Positions 47,659-58,195 are shown, counted from the first letter of the stretch. The stretch: DNA of 64,000 nt from an uncultured Lachnospiraceae bacterium (GCA_947245585.1 CAMXPV010000018.1:8682-72681); one strand, 5' to 3'. Notes: generated from the sequence alone by a model not told the origin. A program made the numbers and translations.

Positions 47659-48723
47659 GTGAAAAATGTCATTCTGGTGGTGGACGACGACAAGACCAAT
47701 CTGTCGCTCGCCCAACGTATTCTCGGACCGCAATACCGCATCGCTGCCTGCAACAGCGGCACGGCTGCCTTAACCTATCTGGAGACCCATCGTCCCGATC
47801 TGATTCTTTTGGATATCAATATGCCGGAAATGAACGGTTTTGAAGTCATGCAAAAAATCCGTTCCAACATACAGACCGAATTGATTCCCGTCATCTTCCT
47901 GACAGCGGACAATCTGGCGGAGACGGAGATCAAATGTTTCCAGTTGGGGGCGATGGATTTTGTGACCAAACCCTTTGTGCCAGACATTCTGTTAAGCCGC
48001 GTGAGCAAGACCATCGAGCTTGACCAGTATCGTCATCACCTGGAGGAGATGGTGAACGCGCAGGCAGAAAAAATCACGGAGGATGCCCTGCGTCTTGGCC
48101 GCATTCAGGATTCTGTCATCATCGGCATGGCCAACCTGATCGAAAGCCGCGACGGAAGCACCGGAAAACACGTCAAAAACACCCAGACTTACGTGGGCAT
48201 GATCGCCAACGAGCTTCTGTCCCGGGGCTATTTTACGGACGAGCTCACCCCCGCCTATATTGAGGATCTGTGCAAGGCAGCCCCTCTCCACGATGTGGGA
48301 AAAATCAAAATTCCCGATGCCATCCTGCAAAAACCCGGCAAGCTGACGACGGAAGAGTTTGAGACCATGAAGTTACATACCACCCACAGCCGGAAAATCA
48401 TTCAGACCATCATCGGAGACATCGAGGACGAGCACTATGTGCGGTTGGTGGAGGACATCGCCCTCTACCACCATGAGCGGTGGGACGGCACCGGCTATCC
48501 GGCCGGCCTCACGGAGGACAACATCCCGCTCTCCGCACGGATTATGGCTGTCGCCGACGTATTCGACGCCCTCTATGAGGAGCGCTGCTACAAACCGCCC
48601 GTCCGTCCCATCGAACGAATTATGCAGATCATGGCGGAGGGCCGCGGCACACAGTTTGACCCTGTCATCATCGACGTGTTTATGGACATGCTGCCGCAGC
48701 TGAAAAACATATTGGAAAAGTAA
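47659..48723 (+). CDS. RpfG-like response regulator with HD-GYP domain
   Basis: Receiver domain; HDVGK and HHERWDGTGYP motifs. Confidence 0.93.
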   Translation: MKNVILVVDDDKTNLSLAQRILGPQYRIAACNSGTAALTYLETHRPDLILLDINMPEMNGFEVMQKIRSNIQTELIPVIFLTADNLAETEIKCFQLGAMDFVTKPFVPDILLSRVSKTIELDQYRHHLEEMVNAQAEKITEDALRLGRIQDSVIIGMANLIESRDGSTGKHVKNTQTYVGMIANELLSRGYFTDELTPAYIEDLCKAAPLHDVGKIKIPDAILQKPGKLTTEEFETMKLHTTHSRKIIQTIIGDIEDEHYVRLVEDIALYHHERWDGTGYPAGLTEDNIPLSARIMAVADVFDALYEERCYKPPVRPIERIMQIMAEGRGTQFDPVIIDVFMDMLPQLKNILEK

Positions 48724-48744
48724 GTAAAGGAAGGGTGATTTGTC

Positions 48745-51531
48745 TTGGACAACACGCAGCTGAAAACGGAACGGAACGAAAAGAAACTGGAACGGATTGT
48801 ATTGGCGATCCTGAGTCTCTATGCCATCGCCGCCTTTCTCACAGGGCTGCTATCCGATTGGAGCATATTTATTCTGGAAATGATTTTTCTGCCGCCTCTT
48901 GTGGGTTGGTTTGTCCACGGGCGTGAATACTGGGATCACCCCAGACGGGCTTCTTTCATCAGTATTATGTGTTGGACGGAATTCATCATCTACGCCCTGT
49001 TTACCACAAGTTTTTCCTCCCTGCTCATCACTATGGCGGGAGTGATTGTGTTGTTGAGCATCTTTAACAGTAAACAGCTTCTCTATCCGGGATTCATCAT
49101 CCCGATTTTTCTCCTTTTATATCACGGCTTTATTGCAAAAACCATCGGCGTTAGCGGCCCCCGCGGCGCTCTGCGGCTCTTCGTCCAGTTTTTTTCCCTG
49201 TACACGGTTTCCTCTGTCATCTTAATTATCCAGAAAAACCGGCAGGAAGCCAGCGATCTTCTGGTGGACAACATCCGGGAGTTAGAGATCGCCGAGCGCA
49301 GCAAGGACGACTTTTTAGTCAACATTTCCCACGAGATCCGCACGCCCATCAATGCGGTCTGCGGCATGAGCGAGGCTATTTTACAGGAGGATCTTCCCAT
49401 AGACGTGCGCCGCGATGTGGTGGATATTCAAACCGCAGGCAGAAATCTCCTCTCCACGGTAAGCAATATTTTGGACTTCTCGGAACTTGAGACAGGACGG
49501 ATGGAACTGGCAGAGGAAAGCTACAACATCACCTCCACCATCACCGATATCATCAACATGGCATTGACCATGGACAACGGCAGGCATCTGGAGCTGATCG
49601 TGGACTGCGACACCGATCTGCCAAGCAATCTTTTGGGGGACGAGCAGAAATTCCGGCGCATTGTCATGAACCTGCTTGGCAACGCCATCAAATTTACCAG
49701 GGAGGGCGGCGTGATTCTGCGGATCAAAAGCCGCAGGGAGGAGTACGGCATCAACCTGCAAGTCAGCGTGAAGGACTCCGGCATCGGCATCGAGCGCGCC
49801 GACATGGAAAAAATCTTCACCAGTTTCAGCCAGGTCAACTCCAAAAGAAACAGGGAGGAGGGCGGCGTTGGTCTGGGTCTTGCCATCACGCAGGCCCTTG
49901 TCCGCAGCATGGGCGGCTTTTTGACGGTGGAGAGCACGCCCGGTACGGGCAGCGAATTCCGCTTTACCATTCCCCAAAAAGTGTTGGACGAGACGCCCAT
50001 CGTCTCCATCAAAGATAAGAGCCAGCTCTTTGCAGCCTGCTATATCAATCTTGACAAGTACGACTATACCGTAGTGCGTGAGGGCTATGAATCCTGTATG
50101 CAGCACATTGTCAGCCAGTTCGGTTTTCCCTTCCGCATCTGCCGGAATCTGGCGGAACTGAAACGGCGCATGGAGCGCGAGTCCTACACCCACATTTTCA
50201 TCGGTTGGGAGGAGTACAGCGAAGACCGCAGCTTCTTTGACCGACTTTCCAGGGAGAGGACCGTCGTGCTTTTGCTTGATTACGATCAGGAAATGTTGGT
50301 GCAGGGCAATATGCTCCGCATTTATAAGCCCTTCACGGTTTTGTCCATCGCCGCCGTCTTCAACGGGCAGAAAATTTTGAACGGCGAGGACCGGCAAACA
50401 AGTTTACATAATAAATTTATTGCCCCCCAGGCAAGCGTGCTTGTGGTGGACGACAACGCCATGAATTTAAAGGTCATGGCCAGACTGCTTCTGCCCTACC
50501 GGCTAAAGGTAACCATGGCCAGCAGCGGCCAGGAAGCGTTGGAAAAACTGAATGCGCCGGAGTTCGACTGCGTCTTCTTGGATCACATGATGCCGGACAT
50601 GGACGGCGTGGAAACATTACACAAGCTTCGGCAAAAACCCGGCCTGTACTACCAGTCCCTCCCCGTCATCGCCTTCACGGCCAACGCCATCGGCGGCGCC
50701 AGGGAAATGTTTATTGCCGAGGGATTCGACGACTTTATCGCCAAACCCATCGAACTGAGTGTGTTGGAGCGGATTCTCAGGCGCTATATCCCGACCCAGA
50801 TGCAGATTCCCGTGGAAGACGTGGAAGCAGCCCAGGCGGATACGCCGGAAAGCGAGACGGACCGGGGCCGTCTGCATCTGACCAGGGCAGGCGTCAACTT
50901 AGAACAGGCCCTTGCCTACTGCGGGGATGAAGACGGATTCCGGGAAATCATCGCCATCTTTCACGGGGAGGGCAAAAAGCGCCGGGAAAATCTGAACCAC
51001 TATTATCAGGAAGAGGATTGGAAAAATTACGTCATCTGCGTCCACGCCCTGAAGGGCAACGCCAAGGGCATCGGCGCAGGCGACCTCTCGGAGATGGCCA
51101 GAGAACTGGAAATGGCCGGCAAAGAAAACCGGATTGATTACATTCATGAACACCACGAGGAAATGATGGAAAGCCATGACCGGCTGCTTGCGGCACTCGA
51201 CGGCAATGTCTTTGTCTACCCTGACGGGGAGGGGCCTGCCTTAACCGCCGCCTCAGACGAGGCATCGCTGAAAACAGGCGGTGAGAAGGACACGGCCGAC
51301 ATGGAAACAGGCGGCGCAGCGGACGATTCCGCCCTGCAGACACTGCTTTCGCAGATCAGCGAAAAACTGTCCTCCTTTGAGAGCGAAGGGTTGGGCGAAC
51401 TGCTTGACCGACTGTCCGCCTCCCGTCACCAGGACGGTTCTCTCTCCCAGGCGGCGGAAGAAATACGGAAGATGACCTCCGACTTTGATTTTCTTGGTGC
51501 CTCTGAAATTCTGGAAAGGATAGGGAAATAA
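48745..51531 (+). CDS. Membrane hybrid histidine kinase (TM-HisKA-HATPase-REC-HPt)
   Basis: SHEIRTP, NLLGNAIKF, FLDHMMP and HALKG motifs. Confidence 0.93.
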   Translation: MDNTQLKTERNEKKLERIVLAILSLYAIAAFLTGLLSDWSIFILEMIFLPPLVGWFVHGREYWDHPRRASFISIMCWTEFIIYALFTTSFSSLLITMAGVIVLLSIFNSKQLLYPGFIIPIFLLLYHGFIAKTIGVSGPRGALRLFVQFFSLYTVSSVILIIQKNRQEASDLLVDNIRELEIAERSKDDFLVNISHEIRTPINAVCGMSEAILQEDLPIDVRRDVVDIQTAGRNLLSTVSNILDFSELETGRMELAEESYNITSTITDIINMALTMDNGRHLELIVDCDTDLPSNLLGDEQKFRRIVMNLLGNAIKFTREGGVILRIKSRREEYGINLQVSVKDSGIGIERADMEKIFTSFSQVNSKRNREEGGVGLGLAITQALVRSMGGFLTVESTPGTGSEFRFTIPQKVLDETPIVSIKDKSQLFAACYINLDKYDYTVVREGYESCMQHIVSQFGFPFRICRNLAELKRRMERESYTHIFIGWEEYSEDRSFFDRLSRERTVVLLLDYDQEMLVQGNMLRIYKPFTVLSIAAVFNGQKILNGEDRQTSLHNKFIAPQASVLVVDDNAMNLKVMARLLLPYRLKVTMASSGQEALEKLNAPEFDCVFLDHMMPDMDGVETLHKLRQKPGLYYQSLPVIAFTANAIGGAREMFIAEGFDDFIAKPIELSVLERILRRYIPTQMQIPVEDVEAAQADTPESETDRGRLHLTRAGVNLEQALAYCGDEDGFREIIAIFHGEGKKRRENLNHYYQEEDWKNYVICVHALKGNAKGIGAGDLSEMARELEMAGKENRIDYIHEHHEEMMESHDRLLAALDGNVFVYPDGEGPALTAASDEASLKTGGEKDTADMETGGAADDSALQTLLSQISEKLSSFESEGLGELLDRLSASRHQDGSLSQAAEEIRKMTSDFDFLGASEILERIGK

Positions 51532-51534
51532 CCG

Positions 51535-54228
51535 ATGCGTAAAAATATACAGCACTTTTTTCAGACGATGTTTTCCGGACAGCTCGACTTTAAGGAGCGA
51601 ATCAACCGCCTGGTCATGCTTCTGGTCTTTGCCTGCTCTGTGATCGGCGTCATTCTCGTTCTCTTAGGCGCTGACCACAGGGTTTTATATGCACTGCTGC
51701 CCATCGGTGCAATTTCCGGTCTTTCCATCCGGATCACCCTCAGGCAGCATAACAGCAGACAGGCTTCCTGGCTCCTCGCCATCGGCACCAACGTGGTCTT
51801 CTTTCCCCTGCTCTTTATCACAAGCGGCGGCACCCAGAGCGGTATGCCGGTGTGGTTTGTGTTGGGACTGGTTTATATTTTCCTTTTGTTTGAGGGACGC
51901 TCTTTTGCAATCGCCATGACCCTTTCCCTCCTGGCCTATCTGGGAACCTACCTGTTGGCCTACTACCGCCCGGAACTGATACCGGCCTCCACCCGCTTCT
52001 ACACTTTTTCAGACTCCTTTGTCGCGCTGATCTGTGTAAGCCTTTTTATCGGCATCCTCTTAAAACTGCAGTCCAAAACCTATGAACAGGAAAAGCAGAT
52101 TGCCGAACAGCAGCGCAGAGAGGTAGAACAGATTGCCCGCTCCAAGGACACCTTTTTCGCCAATATGAGCCATGAGATCCGCACCCCCATAAACACCATT
52201 ATCGGCCTGAATGAAATGATCCTGCGGGAAGATATCTCCGACGAGATTGCGGAGAATGCAATCAACATCCAAAACGCCAGTAAGATGCTGCTCACCACCA
52301 TCAATGACATTCTCGATCTCTCCAAACTGGAATCCGGCAAAATGGATATCATGCCAACCCAGTATGAGATCAGCTCCATGTTCAGCGATCTGGTCAATTT
52401 GATCTGGATTCGGGCACATCAGAAAAATCTGGAATTTAAAGTGGATATCGACCCGGAAATCCCCTCCATGCTCTACGGCGACGAGGTGCGGATCAAACAG
52501 ATCATCACCAATATGCTGACCAATGCAGTCAAATACACGGACTCCGGCTCCGTCACCCTGCACGCCAAGGGAGAGCGCGTCTCGGCGGATCAGATTCTGC
52601 TGCGCATCTCCGTGGAGGACACCGGCATGGGCATCCGCAAGGAAAGCCTGGACGATCTCTTCCGCTCCTTCAAGCGCGTGGACGAATCGGATAACCGAAA
52701 CATCGAGGGAACCGGTCTGGGACTTACCATATCCAAACAGCTCATAGAGATGATGGGCGGCAAAATCACTGTGGACAGCGTCTACCACAAGGGTTCCGTC
52801 TTTACCATCGAGTTACAGCAGCGCATCATCAATGTGCGCCCCATCGGCGTCATCAATTTCGCCGCCCAGAAACAATTGAGCAACCGGACCCGCTACCAAC
52901 AGAGCTTTATCGCTCCCGATGCCCGCATTCTGGTGGTGGACGACAACTCTATGAATCTGATGGTGGCAGTCAAACTCCTGCGGGATACCAAGGTAAAAGT
53001 GGATACGGCGGAAAGCGGCAGGGAAGCTCTGAAAAAGACAGCTCAGACCGCTTACCATGTGATCCTGATGGATCACATGATGCCGGATATGGACGGAGCC
53101 GCCACCCTGCGCGCCGTCCGCAGCCAGACAAAGGGGTTCTGTCAGAAAACTCCCGTCATCGCCCTGACCGCCAACGTGATGTCGGACGCGGAACAGGTCT
53201 ACCAGAACATGGGCTTCGACGGTTATCTGGCAAAACCGATCAGCGCGCCGCTTTTGGAAGCGGGCCTCCTAAAATACCTGCCCGCCGACCTGATCGAGTA
53301 TATGGCCCAACCGGAAGAGGCGGCCGAGGACAATATGGAAGGCATCAACCAGGTAAGCAGTCTCCGGAAACGAAAAATTGCCATCACGGCGGACTGTATC
53401 TGCGACCTTCCGGCGGATCTTCTTTCGCGTTTCCACATCCGCCTGATGTACTGCTATGTTCATACAAACGAGGGGCGCTTTTGCGATCTCTTTGAGATCT
53501 CCTCCGACAGTCTGCTGTCCTACCTCCAGACAGAGGGCAGCCACTCCCACTCCTCCACGGCTGATCCTTCCGAGTACGAGTATTTCTTTGCGGAGACATT
53601 GGCGGAGGCGGAACATGTCATTCACATCACCGCCACCGTGGATTTGAGCGGCGCTTATCCCAACGCAACCCAGGCCGCCAAAACCTTCGACAACGTCACT
53701 GTCATTGACTCGACCCACATCAGCAGCGGCCATGGCTTCATGGTTCTCTACGCCGCCATGTTGGCGGAGGAGGGCAAGAGCGTGGAAGAGATTTGTCTGG
53801 CAATGGAAGAATTCCGGGATCGCGTTTTCTCCAACTTCCTGGTGCCCAGCACCGCTACGCTCTACCGCAACGGCAAGGTGAGCGGCGGCGTCCACAGACT
53901 CTGTACCCTGTTAAATCTCCATCCGGTTCTGGCCATGTCCAAAAACCGTCTAAAGCTATGGCGCATGGAATCGGGCAGCATGCACCGGGTTGTCAGGCAG
54001 TATATTAAAAAGCTGTTTCAGCACAGTAACCAGATTGACACCCACATCCTCTTTGTCACTTACGCGGGATGCAGCGTGAAACAGCTCAACGAGATTGCAG
54101 AGATCGCTGAAAAATACATCCACTTTGACAAGGTGATCTTCCAGAAGGCCTCCGCCACCGTATCAAGCAACTGCGGCATCGGCACCTTCGGATTGATGTT
54201 TGTAAGGAAAGAAAAACAGGAGGCGTAA
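51535..54228 (+). CDS. Membrane hybrid histidine kinase with a C-terminal DegV domain
   Basis: SHEIRTP, HATPase and REC, then IAITADCICDLP...LSGAY...DS..ISSG.G...CG.G DegV pattern. Confidence 0.88.
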   Translation: MRKNIQHFFQTMFSGQLDFKERINRLVMLLVFACSVIGVILVLLGADHRVLYALLPIGAISGLSIRITLRQHNSRQASWLLAIGTNVVFFPLLFITSGGTQSGMPVWFVLGLVYIFLLFEGRSFAIAMTLSLLAYLGTYLLAYYRPELIPASTRFYTFSDSFVALICVSLFIGILLKLQSKTYEQEKQIAEQQRREVEQIARSKDTFFANMSHEIRTPINTIIGLNEMILREDISDEIAENAINIQNASKMLLTTINDILDLSKLESGKMDIMPTQYEISSMFSDLVNLIWIRAHQKNLEFKVDIDPEIPSMLYGDEVRIKQIITNMLTNAVKYTDSGSVTLHAKGERVSADQILLRISVEDTGMGIRKESLDDLFRSFKRVDESDNRNIEGTGLGLTISKQLIEMMGGKITVDSVYHKGSVFTIELQQRIINVRPIGVINFAAQKQLSNRTRYQQSFIAPDARILVVDDNSMNLMVAVKLLRDTKVKVDTAESGREALKKTAQTAYHVILMDHMMPDMDGAATLRAVRSQTKGFCQKTPVIALTANVMSDAEQVYQNMGFDGYLAKPISAPLLEAGLLKYLPADLIEYMAQPEEAAEDNMEGINQVSSLRKRKIAITADCICDLPADLLSRFHIRLMYCYVHTNEGRFCDLFEISSDSLLSYLQTEGSHSHSSTADPSEYEYFFAETLAEAEHVIHITATVDLSGAYPNATQAAKTFDNVTVIDSTHISSGHGFMVLYAAMLAEEGKSVEEICLAMEEFRDRVFSNFLVPSTATLYRNGKVSGGVHRLCTLLNLHPVLAMSKNRLKLWRMESGSMHRVVRQYIKKLFQHSNQIDTHILFVTYAGCSVKQLNEIAEIAEKYIHFDKVIFQKASATVSSNCGIGTFGLMFVRKEKQEA

Positions 54229-54241
54229 GCCTCCTGTTTTT
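54212..54241. terminator. Bidirectional intrinsic terminator
   Basis: AAAAACAGGAGGC-GTAA-GCCTCCTGTTTTT. Confidence 0.85.
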
Positions 54242-54256
54242 TATGATTTCTGCCCA

Positions 54257-54538
54257 TTATTTTGCAAACAAATCCGCATGTGTCCCTGTTCTGGATGCCG
54301 TCAATATCAACTGCTTTTGATCGATTGCATAAACCAAAAGCCAGTCTGGCAAAATATGACATTCACGAAAGCCAAGATAATTTCCCGCCAATCCATGATC
54401 CCGATACCGTTCTTCAAGCGCTTCTCCCTGCAAAAGACGATTGATCACCTCTTCCAACAGTCCCATATCATATCCTCTCTTTTTTACACGCTTATAATCC
54501 TTACGGAATTGGCCGGTCGTTACCAGTTCCAACATCAC
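54257..54538 (-). CDS. YafQ-family mRNA interferase toxin
   Basis: F.KDYK, RDH.L.G, RECHI.PDWLLVY and RTGTHADLF motifs. Confidence 0.93.
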   Translation of the reverse strand: MMLELVTTGQFRKDYKRVKKRGYDMGLLEEVINRLLQGEALEERYRDHGLAGNYLGFRECHILPDWLLVYAIDQKQLILTASRTGTHADLFAK

Positions 54539-54828
54539 TCGTTTTCTCCTTCCGCATCTAATTCCTCAAAAAGCGAATGTGCATCCGGATATCGCTTTGC
54601 CTGGATCTGCCCTTTCATAATAGCTCTCGCCTCATCCACAGCCGCTTCCGTCTCCGTATTGTAACGCGGCTGCTTCATCTCAAAGGGCAATCCTCCCTCC
54701 ATAATAGATTTCCGAAGGAAAATATTGATTGCGTCCGTAACTGTAATTCCAAAACTGGAAAAGAGCTCTTCGGCACTTGATTTTGTCTCAGGATCAATTC
54801 TGATATTAATGTTTGCAGTCTTCGCCAT
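54535..54828 (-). CDS. DinJ/RelB-family antitoxin
   Basis: NIRID...K..A..LF..FG....DAINIFL.......GLPF motif; promoter TTGACG-17-TATACT at 54876-54904. Confidence 0.92.
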   Translation of the reverse strand: MAKTANINIRIDPETKSSAEELFSSFGITVTDAINIFLRKSIMEGGLPFEMKQPRYNTETEAAVDEARAIMKGQIQAKRYPDAHSLFEELDAEGENE

Positions 54829-54922
54829 GTAAGCTGCCTCCTTCATCTCACGCGAGTATACATTTTCTATTTCTTAGTATACCCATTATTGCAAGCAACG
54901 TCAACACAACGTGAAACTTTTA

Positions 54923-57427
54923 TCAAAGCTGCTCTCCCGTCGTTTCCTGTCCATCTAGCGGAAACCGCACCGTCACCGTAAACAGATCCGCATCCGTCTC
55001 CACCGCAAATCTCCCGCCGCAGGCCTCCGTAAAACTCTTCGCAATGGAAAGTCCCAACCCGCTTCCGCCGTCCGTCCGGCTCTCATCGCCCCGCACAAAC
55101 CGCTCGGTAAAGTCCTTCTCCCCGGAAAGCTCCACACTGGAAGTATTCTTGATGCACGCCACCGCCTGTCCGTCCTCCTGTGTGAGCGCAAGATAAATTC
55201 TGGAGCCCGCCAGCGAATACCGCAAAGCATTCTGTAACAGATTCTGGAACACCCGGTAAAGCCTCTGGCCGTCCGCCAGTACCGACACAGGCGCATCGGG
55301 AATGGCCGTCCGCACCGTCAGTCCGCTCGCCTCAATCTTATCATTCATATCTGCCATGGTCTGGCGAAGAAGCTTGCCCATATCCAACAGTTCCATTTTG
55401 ATGGGAAGCTGTCCGGAGGTTGCCTTGCTGACCTCAAACACATCCTGCACAATGCCTCGCAGGCGTTCCGCCTTTTCCTCCAATATCTGAATATACTCCT
55501 TCACATGTTGGGGAAGGTTTTCTTCCTGACGCAACAGTTCCACATAGCTGACGATGGAGGTGAGGGGTGTCTTGATATCGTGGGACACATTGGTCACCAG
55601 ATCCACCTTCATGCGCTCACTCTTCATACGCTCCGCAAGCGCCGTCTCCATGCCCTTTTGTATCTGGTTTAAGTTTTCCGCCGCTTCCCGCAAATCGGTG
55701 TCCTCAGACAAAACCAACTCCTGCGTCAAATTGCCTTCCCGCACCGCAAGGATCTGGTCTGTCAGCGCGCCGATCTCTCTGGCCAGCCGATGGTTTTTCT
55801 TTAAACTGACTACCGTTATCGCGGTAAAGACAAACAGCGCGGTAAAAATCACACAGGCTGTCAGCATATAGGCATCCCCTATGGAAAAGGAATAGCCCAT
55901 CTCTTCCGCTACCGCCTCATATACACTTACATCATACGCTACGTCGTAAGCATAGCCTCCCGTAAGCCAGTTAGACAACTCCTCCTGATAAATCCAGAGC
56001 GCACAGAGCGCCGCCGCAAACAACAGCAAAAGACTCATTTCCGCAATCAGCGTGCGCCGCTGTCTTTTCACCAACCGTTTCTGAATCGGATATTGAAAGT
56101 CCTTTTCCTTCAATAAATCAAAAACAGGGGTTTTCTGCTTTTTTCTGTTGATCCGAAAGTCCAGTACGGCCAGATAGAAAAGCCAGAACCAGAGGGCCAG
56201 ATATGCGCCGGCCTTTGTCATCCTTGCGATCTCATAGATATAATCGCCGCTCCAGTTATAGTAGGAAAGTCCGTTTCTGATCCACCAGCCAAGCTGTCCC
56301 AACACACCCCCACTCATTCCTGTGAGAAGCACCACCAGGACAAGCGAAATGAGAATCTTGACCTCCAGGCAGATCTTCCCCAACAAGTCTGCAATCCGTT
56401 CCACCGCCTGTCTTCTGCTCTTTCGCATCAGAAAAGCGATCGCCAGAAGCAGTATGGCGGTTGACATAACAATACCAATCCGTTCTGCCGCGCTGTTTAA
56501 AGTATTCAAATTCTGCTGCATCTGGTACATCCTGCCGCCATACTGGGCAGTATGACTGCTCCCGTCGCTTTTTACCCGATACAGTTTCGGGTCTTTGGCC
56601 GCCGCCAGAAAGATCACCGCATCCTTTGTCGATTCTCCTATGGTATAGTTGGCGTAACCCGGCACCCACCAACGGCTGTTTTCACTGAACATGCCGTCGC
56701 CGTACACTTCATCGTACACATCCTCCTGCAGGCCGTCCTTCGTGATCTCCACCCTGCCGTCGCCGCCCCTGTTAAACCAGAGCGTAAAATTATAGACATT
56801 CTTATCTAGCGACTCATAGAAATCTGCGCCTGTCCATTCCTCCCCCGCCTTTTCCGTAAAACCGTCGATATTGGAATAGAGGAGCTTATTCTGATAGATG
56901 ACCGCGTAACGCAGGTTTTTGTTCTGTGCCATATCCGCCATATAGCGGTCCAGGATTTCCGGATCGCTGTAATAATAGCCGCTGTAATTGCCGCCCTCGC
57001 TCGCATATCCATATCCCATGTCGGCCATCATTTCCTCATAGTACGTCTGCTGTTCCGCAAGATAGGCCTCATAGTCGTCCCAGTTGCCGCCAAAATCCTC
57101 TATGGTTACCGAGGTTACCGGACCGCCATCAGCCTCCGCAGACTCCTCCACCGCGTACTGCTCCACGCCAGTCACCTCCGACACCGAAGAATCGCCGCGG
57201 TAAGCTTTTCCCCCGGTGGCCACCCCCAACAGATCAGAAAGCTTCTCGCTGATCAGGTAGCGGAACTCCCCGCTCTCCTGATAGTCCATCGGCCCATGAA
57301 AGACCTCCATGCTAAAGGCCGCCGCCATACCCGCAGCCGGAACCAAATTTGTGACCACCATGGTCAATCCCATAACAAAAGTCAAAAAGCTGATTGCAAT
57401 TTTACATTTTTTCCATTTTGTATCCAA
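54923..57427 (-). CDS. Membrane sensor histidine kinase
   Basis: NVSHDIKTPL, NLLQNALRY, FVRGD.SR and GLGLSIA motifs. Confidence 0.93.
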   Translation of the reverse strand: MDTKWKKCKIAISFLTFVMGLTMVVTNLVPAAGMAAAFSMEVFHGPMDYQESGEFRYLISEKLSDLLGVATGGKAYRGDSSVSEVTGVEQYAVEESAEADGGPVTSVTIEDFGGNWDDYEAYLAEQQTYYEEMMADMGYGYASEGGNYSGYYYSDPEILDRYMADMAQNKNLRYAVIYQNKLLYSNIDGFTEKAGEEWTGADFYESLDKNVYNFTLWFNRGGDGRVEITKDGLQEDVYDEVYGDGMFSENSRWWVPGYANYTIGESTKDAVIFLAAAKDPKLYRVKSDGSSHTAQYGGRMYQMQQNLNTLNSAAERIGIVMSTAILLLAIAFLMRKSRRQAVERIADLLGKICLEVKILISLVLVVLLTGMSGGVLGQLGWWIRNGLSYYNWSGDYIYEIARMTKAGAYLALWFWLFYLAVLDFRINRKKQKTPVFDLLKEKDFQYPIQKRLVKRQRRTLIAEMSLLLLFAAALCALWIYQEELSNWLTGGYAYDVAYDVSVYEAVAEEMGYSFSIGDAYMLTACVIFTALFVFTAITVVSLKKNHRLAREIGALTDQILAVREGNLTQELVLSEDTDLREAAENLNQIQKGMETALAERMKSERMKVDLVTNVSHDIKTPLTSIVSYVELLRQEENLPQHVKEYIQILEEKAERLRGIVQDVFEVSKATSGQLPIKMELLDMGKLLRQTMADMNDKIEASGLTVRTAIPDAPVSVLADGQRLYRVFQNLLQNALRYSLAGSRIYLALTQEDGQAVACIKNTSSVELSGEKDFTERFVRGDESRTDGGSGLGLSIAKSFTEACGGRFAVETDADLFTVTVRFPLDGQETTGEQL

Positions 57428-58100
57428 TGCCCCACACCACCTTTATATATTCTGGCTCTTTTGGATTGAGTTCAATCTTCTCGCGGATATGGCGAATGTG
57501 CACCATCACCGTATTTTCCGGGGAAAAGGAAGGCTCCTCCCAGACCCGCTCATAGATCTCCTCAGCGGGAAAAATGCGGCCCCTGTTCTTCATGAGAAGC
57601 TCCATGATCTTCGTCTCCGTGGCGGTCAGCCTGACCGGCTCCCCGTCAGCGTAGAGCGTGCGCTCTTTCAGGCGGTAACAGAGTCTGCCGTTTGTGATCT
57701 CCTCTTCCTCGTTCTGCGCGTGAATGCCGCCAAGACAAGTATACCTGCGAAGCTGGCTTTTCACCCTTGCCGCCAGCTCCTGCGGGTGGAAGGGCTTCGC
57801 CACATAATCGTCCGCCCCCATGGAGAGTCCCAAAATCTTGTCCGTGTCCTCCGTCTTCGCGCTCAGAACGATAATAGGCAGGTTTTTCCGCTCCCTGATC
57901 TTCATCATGGCAGACAGGCCGTCCAACTTCGGCATCATCACATCCATGATGATCAGATGCACCTCGTTCTCCGAAAGAACCCGCAGCGCCTCCATGCCGT
58001 CGTAAGCCTTCAGCACCCGATAGCCCTCCTTTTCCAAGAGAAGCGCGATCGCCTTTACAATCTCCCTGTCATCGTCCACCACAAGCACACTTTCGTTCAT
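57402..58100 (-). CDS. OmpR-family response regulator
   Basis: VLVVDDD, IMDVMMP and KVVWGIGY motifs. Confidence 0.95.
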   Translation of the reverse strand: MNESVLVVDDDREIVKAIALLLEKEGYRVLKAYDGMEALRVLSENEVHLIIMDVMMPKLDGLSAMMKIRERKNLPIIVLSAKTEDTDKILGLSMGADDYVAKPFHPQELAARVKSQLRRYTCLGGIHAQNEEEEITNGRLCYRLKERTLYADGEPVRLTATETKIMELLMKNRGRIFPAEEIYERVWEEPSFSPENTVMVHIRHIREKIELNPKEPEYIKVVWGIGYKMEKM

Positions 58101-58149
58101 CTGAAAATTTTCCTCCTCCTTAAGCCTGTCCTCATCATAAAGTGAAGTC

Positions 58150-58189
58150 CTTATAAAAAAGTCGTTGGATTTCTTATAAAAATCTTAAC
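58150..58189 (-). promoter_or_regulatory. Probable OmpR-family autoregulatory direct repeats
   Basis: CTTATAAAAA occurs twice; the minus strand reads TTAAG-N6-ATAAG upstream of the regulator. Confidence 0.45.
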
Positions 58190-58195
58190 ATCCGC

